In this document: piece by piece, positions 48,544-63,456 of the stretch
Numbering within the stretch: the stretch's first letter is position 1
Layout of the letters: each line of letters opens with the position of its first letter
Source: Eledone cirrhosa
Taxonomy: Eukaryota
Direction: 5' to 3'
Assembly (NCBI GenBank): GCA_964016885.1
Contig: OZ024746.1
Location: 54,684,001 to 54,748,000, forward strand
Length of the DNA stretch: 64,000 bases
Program-made: the position numbers and the translations under genes
Notes under the pieces: generated by a model
The model's database searches: none
What the model saw: the letters and a program-made list of their open reading frames with translations, nothing else
Told to the model about the DNA's origin: nothing

Positions 48544-48594
<51 letters not shown>

Positions 48595-48859
48595 GTACAC
48601 GCGTATGCTTGTATTTTTGTTCTGTCTATCTAAAGATTGCAATAGGAATAGGGAAGATAGCTCAGAAGGAAATGTATTTTTGGCATCAATCACAAATTCA
48701 TTCCCCTGCCAGTAGTAGATGGATTATCTAACGTTGCTCTTCAATGTCTTCTGTTCTCTAGATGGTATTACTAAAAGCCTGCAATATCCTATCCTACATA
48801 GCTTGATATGACTATATATATATAAACATATATATATATACATACATTCATACGTCCCC

Positions 48860-48931
<72 letters not shown>

Positions 48932-49072
48932 TAAATTATATTTCATTTAGTTATTGATACATATATATTTGTACATATATATATAGATATATATACACAT
49001 ATATTCATATGTATGTAAGTATGTATGTACGTATTAAATATATATATGTTCATGCATTACATCCCCACCCCC

Positions 49073-49130
<58 letters not shown>

Positions 49131-49704
49131 TGAATGTATCAATCAAAAATGATCTCGTGATACGCTATGATATTTGGTTCCAACTTGCCTTTGTCTATCA
49201 TATAATGGACCGTTTGATGTCAGTGCAGCCCGCCGAGAAAATGATATTGATAATGATGATAATAATAATCTTGATTTCTATTAATAATAATAGAAATGAA
49301 GATAATGCTGATGATGATAATGATAATCATGATGTTGGTGATGATGATGATGATGATGATGATGTTGGTCTTGGTAATGATTATGATGATGTTGATAGCA
49401 ATAATAATATTAGGATACTCACTGGAAGAACCAAATTGTAAATGTGTAGCCAATGCCACCTAACCAACTTAAGACAACTCCAGTTTTTCAGCGAAACTAT
49501 TTGACTGGAGTTCACTAAAACTGGGAGGCTATCTGTTGGAAGCTGCCTTCGAAGAAAAACACTGTTTATTTTAGTAAATTCTTCCCCGTGCAGCACTGCT
49601 TATGTAATTACTGTCTGTCTAATGTTCTTTTGGGAGTCGGCCTACAGCAGAATGTCCAGCAATCATCATCCTCACTGATATAACCAGCAAACAATAATCT
49701 ATAT

Positions 49705-50160
49705 TTGTTTCTACTTTTGGCACAAGGCCATCAATTATCCTAGTGCACTAAAGTCTAAAGCCTGTCTTAAGCCAGAAGGCTCATTTGGCCAGTGCTTGTG
49801 CCGGTTTCGTGGCGTGAAGTGACTGAGAGTACAAGACTCCTCCTGGACAGGATGCCAGTCCATCGCAGGGTTAAACAGCCAGCTATTGCTGGTACCCATT
49901 TTCAGCTGAGTAAATGGAGTGTTTTGCTCAAGAACACGTCACGTAATCCAGGAATAGAACCCACGACATTATGATCGTAAGTCCAACACCCTTACCATTG
50001 GGCCAAGGTGCCTCCACCTCAGTGCATTACTGGTACTTTATTTTATCAACCGCGTAAGGATGAAAGGCAAAGTTAACCACGGCGTGCTTTGAACTCAGAC
50101 CTTAAAGGGCCGTAAGTCTATGCTGCAAAGCATAGCGTCCCACCCTCTACCAATACTGCC
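49705..50160 (-). mobile_element. SINE-A interrupted by a different tRNA SINE (49751-50017, -)
   Basis: insert has A-box tggcccaatgg and B-box ggttctattcc on minus strand; imperfect TSD ctagtgcacta/ctcagtgcatta. Confidence 0.75.
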
Positions 50161-50314
50161 AAATAAAATCAGTGTCAATCCGTCTGTCCGTCATGCCCTC
50201 TATATAGAGGTTGTGAAATAATACCCCATCTCTAACTCACTCCACCGAATTAACTAAAATGTAACGTGTGAAGGAACGAAAATACGGAATTTTTATAGTT
50301 TATTTGTATGAGTT

Positions 50315-50385
<71 letters not shown>

Positions 50386-50654
50386 TTCTCTATGGCCTTC
50401 AACATATATCAACGCCATGCAGACTTCACTATAAAACAGTTTGTTTATGTTGTTGTTAATGAGACAGTAATACAGAGAGGAAGAGAGATTTTATATATGT
50501 GCGCGTGTTTGTGGGCAGAGTGTTGTCACCTGAAAACGCGGGAATCTTTAAGTACAAGTCTTTAAACACGTGTGTGTGGGTGTGTGACTGTCTTTCTACA
50601 TTGTAAGGAAAACTGGGCTACAACTATTAATGATAATAATAATAATAACAATAA

Positions 50655-50745
50655 TGTTTCTACTTTTGGCACAAGATCAATATTTACATCAACGCTTTAC
50701 TGGTGCTTTATTTTATCGACCCCGTAAGGATGAAAGGCAAAGTTG

Positions 50746-50786
<41 letters not shown>

Positions 50787-51122
50787 TGTTTCTACTTTTG
50801 GCACAAGGCCAGCAAATAACCAGTGTATTACTGGTACTTTATTTTATCGACCCCGTAAGGATGAAAAGCAAAGTTAACCTCGGCGGGATTTGAACTCAGA
50901 ATGGCAAGGGCCGTAACTCTATACGTCAAGGCATGTAATACTTGTTTCTACTTTAGGCACAAGGCCAGCAATTACCCAGTGCATTACAGGTACTTTATTT
51001 TATCGACCCCGTAAGGATGAAAGGCAAAGTCAACCTCGGCGGGATTTGAACTCAGATCGTAAAGGGACGTAACTATGCTGGAAAGCATGGCGTCCGACCC
51101 TCTACCGATACTGCCAATCCTC
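50655..51122 (-). mobile_element. Array of three SINE-A copies with (AAT)n tails
   Basis: last copy flanked by a 16-bp TSD with one mismatch, 50924-50939 and 51123-51138. Confidence 0.9.
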
Positions 51123-52479
51123 CGTCAAAGCATGTAATGATAAGAAGAAATAGGAGTAGGAGGAAACGCGCAATAAATAAACTACACACACTGTCCAATT
51201 GTGCATAATTACAGCGACAGCAATCGGCAAAGGTAACACCAGGGGTTACGGTATGAGATCAGCCAAGCTTTATAAAATCAACATAGATTTTGCACTGGGA
51301 GGAGATTCTTGTGGGCGGTTCAAATTTTACCTTCTAATACACCGGAAAAGTCCAAATTGGCCAGTTTCGATTTTAAGAAGCAAGTGGGAGTCAGATGTCA
51401 ACTTGCCTACTAAAGGCTAGTAGCAATAGCACTAGGTTACAATTAGACGTATAACTACAAAACACAGCACAAAGAAAAAACAAATACCGCAGCATCCCAA
51501 TTTTATGGCCACAAAACTTAACCGAGAAAAACACAAAAAACAGCCACAACACCAACACCCAGTACTCTATCACCACCTACCCACAACTCCATCATTGCCA
51601 ATACCATCATTCCAACTGCCACCACTACTCCATCATCACAACAATTAAAGCCCACCAGAATGTGTCTCTACTACTACTAGCAATGATTAGTCGAGTAACA
51701 ACAACATCTCAACAACAACTCAACAGTCTCCACCCCTACTACAACAAAGGAAGATATTCACAACAAAAGCACCATAACTTACTACAACAGTAGTAACAAA
51801 ATATATGATATTTTCAGTAGTGAATAAGGCGACAACAATAACAAAAGCAACAGCAGCTGCCAAAGTAACTACAACTTATACACTGTAGGAGAAACATGTA
51901 ATCAAGAATGATAATGATACTGCGGAGTATAGAATACTGGGTTGGTGTGCAGTACAGAATAGATCACATCAATTTTAAGGTCTGAGGCCACTTTGAGTTG
52001 TTTTAAAAGGCAATTGTTGGTTGTGGCACCTCATCAACCACAACCTCATTTTGACTGAAATGGAAAAACAATTGAATCGAAATAACAACGTGATTGTTGC
52101 TGGATGCAGTAAAGCTGAAAGTGTCTCGTTTGACATGTGTCTCGAGGTAGACCAGCATGGGCTCGGTCACCGACTGCTAAACACGTTATGTCGAAGAAAC
52201 TGAATGTAGCTGCAATTGAATGCTATTTCGTGTGTCTTCCTGTCGAGGACATGATAAATAGTTAAAGAGGTAACAGAAAATAAATGCACAACATCTGAAA
52301 GGAGAGACACAGGTTGACAGTGACGGATCCAAGACTATGCGACCAGATGTGGAACATTCGACGAAACGGTTGGTTAGCGAGGACGAGATGGCAGAAAAAA
52401 AGTAAGATATATCTGTAGAGGTCAGAGTTGAGGATGAAGAATATGAGACTGGAGAATTTGTGATGAATGATGTGAATGA

Positions 52480-52562
52480 GAGGGAACTTGAAAGAGGTAA
52501 CTAGATGGTGAATAGGTGACAGCTCAGCCGCTCTTTTAATACGAACATCCAGCACAGATTCG
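52480..52562 (-). pseudogene. Small RTE-type endonuclease relic
   Basis: VLDVRIKRAAELSPIHHLV resembles the APE C-terminal ..SDH.LV motif. Confidence 0.4.
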
Positions 52563-53575
52563 AAGAGATAAGAGATAAAAACAAAATCAAATATTGATCT
52601 CTGTACGCGATTCTACTTATACTACGTGTATGTGTTCAGAATAGAGAGACGATTAGAAGAACAGATGTCTAAGAAGGTCTCTCAATTCGTACTTAAATCG
52701 AGATGAACATTCCATCCAATCATAATTTTCCGTTTCAAGTAGTCAGTGCCGTCTTAAGCATTGGAGTCTCCAATTAGGATATATGAGTTTTAATTACATA
52801 TAACGTTGCTGTGACTTCACCAATGAATGGAATGGTCAGTATTCCGGCCTTCTGTATGGCGCAGAAACGTGCACAACCCGACTGATATCCCTCCAAATGG
52901 AATCCATTTCAGTACACATTCAGTTGCCGAGGTTTTGTGTGCATTCGCCCACGCTCACCTGCAATTTTGTTCTGGTGCCACGTCTACATAAGGAAATCAA
53001 CCCACCCCTCCTCCCATCCAAATCTACGGTACCAGAGCCACCAAACATCGTTGAGCAAGACCCATCTATACCTAGCCGATAACATCAGATAGATTGATAT
53101 ATAAAATAATTGTGTCGGAGGTAACCATTGTTAAAAAAGTTACTTAATACATTGTTAGAGTATAAGCATCTTTATCATAACAGGACTGGAACTGTTTGAC
53201 TCGTATGAAAGAGTTCTAGTCCTGTAGAAGTCATTTCTATTTATAACATAAAATTATAACATAACATAAATAATATATATAGAGAAGTATCTGTATATAT
53301 ACGAATGTAATGTAAAGGAGGTTGCTTGCTCATGATATGTAAATATGAATTTTGTATGTATGCCTATGTACAAATATGATTATAATATTAGATGAATATG
53401 GATTATCAAGATACGATTAATCTATCAAAGTCTCTATATATCTTTCTATCTATTATATTTCTCCGTTCATCTATCCTTACTCTCCCTTGCTCACTCTCTC
53501 TCTCATCCTATATATAAACATTTATATATACATTTACATATACTTGCTCCCCATCATCTCTCTTTATAAGTATAT

Positions 53576-53610
<35 letters not shown>

Positions 53611-53653
53611 GCCCTGTTCTGATTTTAGTCATCACATTTATTATTATTACTAC

Positions 53654-53729
<76 letters not shown>

Positions 53730-54045
53730 ATATATATATATATACATATATGTATATATATATATAGAAACATAAATATCTGTGTGTGTGTGTTTAATAG
53801 TGAATGTATATGAGTGAGAATGTATTCCTCTCTGTATTATTCATAAATATTTATGAAATAAACTGAGTAGGGCCTTGAGGCTTATATTTATCAACAATTA
53901 TTTCAGACCACAATAAATGCCGAAATCAAAGTTCTGACCTACAACAACCGCTTTCAATATTATCGACGCATATATACTCATATACATAAATGAATACTAA
54001 AATAAATTCTCACACACACACACACACGCACGCACACACACACGG

Positions 54046-54077
<32 letters not shown>

Positions 54078-54080
54078 GCA

Positions 54081-54114
<34 letters not shown>

Positions 54115-54274
54115 CATATATGCATATATATATATAAATGCATATATATATATATAAATGCATATATATATATATATATATGCATATATATATATATATA
54201 TGCATATATATATATATATGCATATATATAAATGCATATATATATATATATGAATATATATATATATATATATA

Positions 54275-54361
<87 letters not shown>

Positions 54362-54677
54362 GCCACACTCACAAACACAACAACACACACACATATATCG
54401 AAGATGCAACTGATTCAGTTCTTTTCTTAAATGGGTATCTTCCTAAGTTGTCAGCATATATGCATAGAATAACAATCTTCCGAGTAGAGACTGGGTGTCT
54501 TCTCAATCCTTGATCACATATATAGGGTTTCTCTAGCTATATTCGTCCGTACACGGGAAAACAGGTCATGTACACACATATATACATACTTACACACATA
54601 TACTTACATATATACATACATAAATATATACATACATACATATATACATACACTTAGATATATATATGTAAATATAA

Positions 54678-54708
<31 letters not shown>

Positions 54709-54710
<2 letters not shown>

Positions 54711-55106
54711 CTCTCGAGTCCCAAATAATATAATCCCAATAATAAGCGGGGGATTTAGAATTAGCGGGAGCGGGGCGGGGGGAGTCGGTAACGTCTCTGG
54801 GATTTATCCGTTGATTAAAAATATAAATATATAAATAAAATAATTAGACATTTAGTTTATATATTGAGGCCCCAACCCATCATATTTATTTTAGAACGTA
54901 TGGGATTTCTAGTAATGTACTTTCGTGTCATGTGTAGTGTTGTTTAACGTATAAAGAACATTAATTTTCGTAGGAATGCTTATGACTTTAAATACTATTT
55001 CGCTGGAGATAGATAAACAACATTCAATAAGTGTTGATGTTGTGTGTGGAACAATCTAACAAATTAATAAGATGGGTGGTGGACGATTATTCGAGACCCA
55101 AGCATA
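54709..55106. mobile_element. Possible decayed Tc1/pogo-type MITE
   Basis: imperfect terminal inverted repeats tactctcgagtcccaaataat / attattcgagacccaagcata with TA ends. Confidence 0.4.
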
Positions 55107-55559
55107 GGCATTAAAAAACAAATAACTTAATGCGAATCTCCAAAGGGTGTCAAAAAATAAAATTTGAATAACAACAATAACATATATGCACAAGACCACT
55201 AATACTGTTTCATGAATATATTATCTGTCAATTACTACGGCATACGTTTAACATCCACCTTCAGGAAAACAATGCATATTCCTGTCCCATTTCATCACTG
55301 AAATTTCTATAGACGTAGATGCAGTATATACATAGGAATTTGAATAAAACACATTTCAGTTAACCTCTGTTTTATCACCTGTCTTACTTTTTTTACATGT
55401 TTGACAGACGACTGAGAGCGCATATATTCTGATCCTAAGCAGATGTGTGCAGTTTTCCGGCAGCAATCTGCCCAAATATTTGTGAAAAGTGACAGACTAG
55501 TGTTAAGAAATGCAGTTCCTATTTAACAGTCAGCCGTGAATGTTACACAGGATGCAGTG

Positions 55560-56990
55560 TTGCGGCGAAAAACCGATCTCAGCAGAAGAAATAGCAGGCG
55601 TGCAGAGCCAGTGTGCAAGAGAGAAAGCACTGGGGTTGGATAGTTTACGTTCTACGTACAATTAACACACTTATTCGCTACGGTCTTGGCAGTCTTCTAC
55701 TGCAGCTGGCAGCAAACCGAGAGTATCCCTAGTCGTGTAAGCAAGGTACTGGTGAACTGTTAAGAAAGGTTGCAAGCAAGGGAAACGTAAAGGAAAATTT
55801 GGAACATTTCTACTGAACACAGAACTGAACATGTTGGCAAATGTTCTTGCCAAGAATTGGCATTCATGATTGGTAATGTAGTCGGGGCGACACGAATATG
55901 TGCGTTCCCTGGTAGATCTATCCATTACAACACGCAACTTACGATAAATATCTTTCAACGGGTCGGAAGTTCACACAAATTTGGAGGAGCTTTAGTTAAG
56001 TTATATCAGTCCAAAGCGTTTGAGAAAATAGACGACCACTACCTGGAAGCTGCCCTAATAACAGTTGGAGACCATCTTTAGAAGCTGGCTGGTTACCTTC
56101 TAGTAGAATGACATACATTCAGTGGTCAAAATCAATAACCATTCATGAGAACCTTTCAATATCAAACGCTTAAATCACCAGGTATGTCACCACACCCAAT
56201 TATCAATGTGTTTGCTTTATCTTGAGATAAATATTGTTTGAACCTGGTCGCCGGAGAGCCTTGTCTCCGTACGTGGATGACGTCAGAGTTATGGTGTAAA
56301 ACACTATATATACAGAAGCAGTTGACAACATGCTGAGTGAATACCAGCATGTTACTGCAGCTTGCATTAACCGGGATAAATCATTGAGCTTGAAACTCAG
56401 TACGTTATGCAGGCGAGTGGAAATATATGCCGTTTGACCGACGTCTCGGTTAAAGTGCTTGGAATCTGCTTAGGACCGGACCTTCTAGTACACAAGAACA
56501 GGGAGTAGGTGAAGAACAAAATAATAATTTTAGGGGGAGGTAGAACTACATCCATCACTTCGGTGATATATTGCCGCCTGACCATCGTGATATGCCTCGA
56601 AACCAACAGACACAATTAGAACAAAGGCTCTTACACTTTCTGTGGAAAGGCCAAGTCCCGATGGTCAGGAATTACATCTGCTACCAATATACCCCCAATG
56701 GTAGCCTCGGGGAGACATCAATATTAATGCAGAGGCACTCATTGTTCCCAATACACCTGTGGAATTACTACAAGGACCGCAGGAGCGATGAAAACGAGGC
56801 CCAACCAGTGTGAGCATGTCTTACAGTAGCTCGTCTCATTGACTGATATACAGTCCTACGTCAAGGGCTGTACAAGGTGGATAACTGGCATTTAGAATGG
56901 TACCAGGAGCATTTTTCATTTAGTAAAGTTCCTTTACTAAATGAAAAATGCAATAATTGTCTAGGAAAGAACACTTGCGTTCAATAAAGG
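55560..56990 (+). pseudogene. Heavily decayed L1/Tx1-like LINE RT remnant
   Basis: CAFPGRSIHYN, LYQSKAFEKIDDHYL, tacgtggatgacgtc (YVDDV) at ~56270, FLWKG motif. Confidence 0.7.
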
Positions 56991-57159
56991 GTTAGTAGAA
57001 GGGTGCTATTAATTATCCCTGGGTGTTGTTCCCCTATTGGTGAATTATGTTATGTACCACCTGCATTTTTACACGTTTATATTTGAATCCCAATGTCTGT
57101 TTATTGCATTGTATCAACATTTTCGGCCCTATTTCCCAATCAAAAAATTATTATTATTA

Positions 57160-58000
57160 TTGGTAATGTCGGTAGAGCGTCAGACAATATGCTTTGTGTT
57201 ATAGAGTTGTGGCCCTTTACGTTCTGTGTTCAAATCCGCCGAGATTAGCTTACCCTTTCATCCTTACGGGGTCGATAACATAAAATACCAGTAATGTACT
57301 GGGATAATTGTTGGCCTTGTGCCAAAATTAGAAACAATTATTATTGACAGTATTGTTAGAGAGTTGGACATTGTTTTGTGACACATAGTTACGACCCTTT
57401 ACATTCTGAGTTCAAATCCCGCCTGAGTTGAGCTTTGCCTTTGGGGGTCGATAAATTAAAGTACCAGCAACACACTGGGGACGATTCAATCGACTTTCCC
57501 CAACATAGGCCTAAATGAGAAACCATTATTGTTTTACGTTCTGAGTTCAAATCCCGCCGAGGTTAACTTTGGGATTCAAATATAAACGTGTAAAAATGCA
57601 GGTGGTACATAACATAATTCACCAATAGGGGAACAACACCCAGGGATAATTAATAGCACCCTTCTACTAACCCTTACGGGGTCGATAAAATAAAGTATCG
57701 GTAGGGCGTTGGACACCATGCTTTGCAGCATAGCATAAAGTAATGGCCCTTTATGTTTTGTGTTCAAATCCCGTTGAGGTTAACTTTACCTTTGATCCTT
57801 ACAGGGTCGATAAAATAAAGTAACGGCAGAGCATTGGACTCCATGCTTTGCAGTATAGAGTAATGGCCATTTACGTTCTGTGTTCCAATCCCGTCGAGGT
57901 TACCTTTACCTTTCATCGTTACGGGGCCGATAAAAATAACATACCAGTAATGCACTGCGGTTATTGCTGGCCTTGTGCCAAAAGTAAAAACAACAATTAT
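57160..58000 (+). mobile_element. Array of about five SINE-A copies/fragments
   Basis: repeated gttcaaatccc..ggggtcgataaa. Confidence 0.85.
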
Positions 58001-58574
58001 TATCATTATTATCAACCATCATATCATTTACTATACGATATACAGAGCTGCTGTAGAAACATGATTTTCCATTTTCTATTCTATCTCATGTATACGGACT
58101 TCCAAAGGCCTGACAATCCGAATTCAATTTGATGTTTTGTTTTGACATGAAGTGTTCGGTTTGGTTTTGACCCAATTCTATACGGAATAGACAGATCTTG
58201 GTCAAAAATCGATTAAGTTCGAAAAGGAATATGACATGTACACACACGCAGTTGCAAGAAAACAGACATACACAGACAATAATTCATATAACACCATTAC
58301 AGGTAAACACATACGCATATCTGAATATACACTTAAAGAGAAGTTGATGTATGCACAAGCACGTAACGCAAGGCATTGAATACATATAAGTACGCATGTA
58401 TGTATGCATGTACGTATACATGTATGTATTCATGTAAGTACGCATGTATGTATATCAATATATATATATATAGGTATATATATATATGTATATATATATG
58501 TATATATAAATATATGTATATATATATATGTATATATATGTATATATATATGTGTGTATATATATATATGTATG

Positions 58575-58683
<109 letters not shown>

Positions 58684-58794
58684 ATATATATATATCTAAC
58701 TATATATATACGTATATATGTATTATATATATATATTTGTATATATATATACGTATATGTATTATATATATATTTGTATATATATATACGTATA

Positions 58795-58849
<55 letters not shown>

Positions 58850-58952
58850 GCATACACATATTTAATAGAATGGTGTTAAAATGTGTACACACTTTTATCG
58901 CATTCTATTAATCATATGTGTGTGGATGTATGTGTGGATATGCGTACCCGTT

Positions 58953-59147
<195 letters not shown>

Positions 59148-59148
59148 G

Positions 59149-59179
<31 letters not shown>

Positions 59180-59526
59180 TGGGACGTTAAGTATGAAACT
59201 TGTAGAAATTTCCCCAAAAGAAACAAATTTCTACAAATTTCATACTTGATGACCAAATATATATATATATATATCCGTTCAGTGCGTAGAATCATATTTA
59301 TATTACTTCTTCAACATATCTCAGTAGCTCATCAACTTTAGAGGAGCAATATTCTTGGTCCAGTGGCAACTAATTAAATGCTAGGAGGTGAATATAGTTG
59401 AGAGCAATAATCAAGAGGAATGGCTATAAATATGCCCCAATAGGGCTACCATGGTTGACTAGTACATCGTGAGAAAGATTTGATATGCGGAAATATGTCG
59501 AATATATATATGTATATATGTTTATA

Positions 59527-59636
<110 letters not shown>

Positions 59637-59723
59637 TACATGTGTAAGTATATATACATATATACATGTGTAATTATATATACATATATACATGTGTAAG
59701 TATATATACATATATACATGTGT

Positions 59724-59854
<131 letters not shown>

Positions 59855-60119
59855 AATATACTTTAGAAGAACGTTAACATTTCTGCCCGGTAAGCAGAAA
59901 GTTGTGTGTTCGATTCTCTGATGTGTTAATGACCATTTATTCGTTAAGGCTTTCATGCACTATTATTTACATTATGAATACTGCTTTCAATAAACAACAG
60001 AGCTCCCAAGAGAGAGAGGGGTAATTGTTTAATCTAAGAGTGTTCTGACTACTAAATATGATACGAATTCAGTTAAACTTCAATGAGCTGCAGCTATTGA
60101 CTGTAGTGAGATAAAAAAA

Positions 60120-62000
60120 AAAGGCCGGGTTTGGCATTTGCGTCATGGGTGAGGTACCACGTCCAGATTCCACTAATATCAAAGAGAAGAGCCATATTAT
60201 TTTCTGGAGCGGAAATGTTGACAAAACAGCTGGGATTGTATTTGTTGTCTAATAAATTTGGACACGTCAATCCTGTTCCTATTTCTGACAGACTCACGAC
60301 TGCTCGCATTCAACTGAAGAACATCTCCTATCTCACATTGATCAGTTTCTATGGACCCACAATTCAACGGTCAGTCGTTGTGCAGGAATGTTTCAAAGCA
60401 AGTGGGGATGCCATTGTTTTTCTTGGTGATTTCAAAACTACTGTTGGAAATGGAAATGAGTGGAAGTCATAGCCATCAGTAGTTGGCAAACATGGATTGG
60501 GAAATGTGAACTCTGATGGTTTAAGGTTGTTAGAATATTGCACACACTTTCAACTCTCAATTATGGGTACTATGTACTGAATAAAGTATTGTCTCAAGAT
60601 CACTTGACATCATCTACCCTCCAAACACTGGAAACACCTAGACTACCTCCTTACTGATTTAGTGGGCAGATAATTCATCATCTAAATTGATCCTCGTGCT
60701 GATTGCTTCACCGACCACAAACTCCTGATCTATAAGTGCAGCATTTGGATAAGGAAAACAATGAAGGAACCAATCATACCTGCTTGTATATTGAAATAAA
60801 AGACAGGCTTGAATTGTTCCTCAGCAAACAAATTATAGATTGTATGGTGTCTTGGAATAACCAGAAAGAAGTCTTTCAAAGTGCTGCTAAACGCTTCTTT
60901 CATGAAGTAAAGAAATAATATTGTTTTGAAGATTAGTAGCAAAACATTCAGATGCTTCCGATAGCTGAGATACAGAGCAGTGGTATAAAACGTCTAAGAG
61001 ATGAAATTAGAAACCTCAAGAACAACTGGCTTTGACAAAAAGCCGCCAATGACGCTGAACAATTTGCACATGAGAATAATAATAGATACATCTATACAAT
61101 TCTCAACGCAGTATTTGGTCCCAAGTCGAAACATTTTCATCCTGTGTGGTCGAAGAACGGTGACCTTCTTTCCTCACCTGAAGACATCAAAGATAGATGG
61201 GTTGAGCACTTTAGTAAACTCCTCAACCAATCAACTGAAACTAATGAAGAAATCATTAATGAAATTGGGCAACGACAATCATGCAAGAATTTGACAACCC
61301 AATCAACAAGAAAGAACTTGAGACAGCATCCCAAAACACTAAGCTCAAGAAGAGACCCAGAGGTTTTAGGTCATGGTGGCAATGCCTTGAGTTCATTTCT
61401 GTTATCTATTTTTTTTTTCTGGATCTCAGAAAGCTTACCATCTGATATTATTGATGATAACATTTCTATTCGGTGGATTGGCCGTATCAGTAGAGAGGGG
61501 ACTCCATGCTTTGACGCAAAGAGTTACAACCTTTTACAATCTGAGTTCAAATCGCGCCGAGGTTTACTTTGCCTTTCATCCTTACGGGGTCGATAAAATA
61601 AAGTACCAGTAATGTACTGGGTATTTGCTGGCCTTGTGCCAAAAGTAGAAACAATTATTGATGATAACATTTCTATTCTTTTTAAGAAAGTAGATCATAG
61701 TCTTTGTGAGAACAACCGTGGCATATCATTGCTTAGTCTGGTTGGGAAACTATTAACCGATATAATACTCCAGAGTCTACAACGGATTGCTGAAGAATTT
61801 TCCTCAAGTCACAATCTGGATATAGGAGGTATAGAAATACTATAAACGATATCTTCACCGTACGTCAAATTATGGAGCCATGCAGAAAACAGCAGCATAG
61901 TTTAACCACCGCCTTTATAGACAGCAGGACGTTTGACTGTTTCAAACAAGAGTTACTCTTCGAAATACCAAGAAAGCTTAGCAGCCCAGCTAAATTTGTT
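60120..62000 (+). pseudogene. Decayed RTE-clade LINE (endonuclease + N-terminal RT), 3'-truncated
   Basis: PISDRLTTARI, FYGPT, FLGDF, HLDYLL, TDHKLL, IKDRWVEHFSKLLN, LFKK..NRGISLLSLVGKLL, IFTVRQ. Confidence 0.88.
61472..61653 (+). mobile_element. SINE-A inserted in the RTE with 25-bp TSD
   Basis: attattgatgataacatttctattc at 61447-61471 and 61654-61678. Confidence 0.92.
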
Positions 62001-62009
62001 AGTAACCAG

Positions 62010-62065
<56 letters not shown>

Positions 62066-62124
62066 CTGGTTACTAACAAATTACTAACATCGTAACAAAT
62101 TACTAACATCGTAACAAATTACTA

Positions 62125-62345
62125 ACATCGTAAGACCCTGAATTCGATTTCAAGCGCCGCTGTTGTTCCTTGAACAAGAAACTTTAAATCATGTTGTTCT
62201 AGTCTACTCAGTTGGGAAATACGAATGGTACTGTATTTCGAATTGTCAGCCTTGTCACATTCAATGTCATGCTGATACTCGCCAGGAACAACGCGAAGAG
62301 AACACGTGTTGTTGAATGCTCAATTACTTGCACTTTAACTTAATG
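62125..62345 (+). mobile_element. 5'-truncated, diverged tRNA/CORE-like SINE
   Basis: similar to the reverse complement of 5480-5710. Confidence 0.65.
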
Positions 62346-62424
62346 AACACACAGTAAAGAATAACCTTCTTCAGTAATCTACTCCTCATTGATTTTGTAT
62401 AAGGTGTTCTATATGTGTAATGGT

Positions 62425-62746
62425 TTCTTAAATAGGCACAAGGCCATCAATTTGGGGGGAGGGGAAAGTCGATTAAATCAACTCCAGTGCGTGACTGGTA
62501 CTTTATTTTATCGACCCATAAGGATGAAATGCAAAGTTAACCTCACTGGGATTTGAACTCAGATCATAAAGAGCCATGACGCTATGCTGAAAAGCATGAC
62601 CTCCGACCCTCTACTGATAATGTCAATCCACCGCCCTTTGTATAATAATTGTTTCTACTTTAGGCACAAGGCCAGCAATTACCCAGTGCATTGCTGGTAC
62701 TTTATTTTATCGACCCCGTAAGGATGAAAGGCAAAGTCAACCTCGG
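62425..62746 (-). mobile_element. Two SINE-A copies; the second is truncated with a 17-bp TSD
   Basis: gccctttgtataataat at 62633-62649 and 62746-62762. Confidence 0.88.
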
Positions 62747-63374
62747 CCCTTTGTATAATAATATACTTTAATAACTTTAATAACCAGTATTAATAGCACC
62801 ACCCGGAGAAGTCTTTCAAACTGATTCACACATCAGTCACCTTTTGCACAAAATGGCTCACTCAAGTAGAGAGTTATTGTTTTCAGAGATATATCCGGGT
62901 GTAGGAAGTATATTCGGAATTTCTTGGAGGAATCTGTGCTATGACATTTTGAATTTTCTGAGATTTGATTCTGATTTTATGTGATTTTGATGTGATGTTA
63001 AAGAGAAGGGTATCAGATCACTATGTATTTAGACAGCCTATTCAATCATAAACAATGAGCTCATAATAGCTTGTCCACATCGCTTAGCGTACTCATGTTT
63101 CATAGATAATATGAGCCAACCTTTTCTATATATTTACTTTTATTTTATTTTACTAATCTCTTTTATCTTAATTTTCTACTTGTTTGTGAGACCAGTGTCT
63201 ATGTAAAGAATTAATTTTCGCCCATTACCTCTCCTACTAGTTTGTACTTTTCATTTTGTCTGTTATCGTTTTTTTTATTCTACATTAATTATTTCTAAAC
63301 AATATAAGTACTTATATATCAATCACTTAATTTTTTTATATAGTTTAACAATCTGTATAATAAAATAATTATTT

Positions 63375-63456
63375 AGTCGTATAATGTATAATATAATTTA
63401 CATTACGTCTGATAATTATCAGACGTAATGTAAATTATATTATACATTATACGACT
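63375..63456. repeat. Perfect 82-bp palindrome without spacer
   Basis: 41-bp arms centred at 63415/63416. Confidence 0.95.

Noticed and set aside
62074-62130. CRISPR-like repeats
   Set aside because: Contiguous tandem units without spacers in eukaryotic DNA
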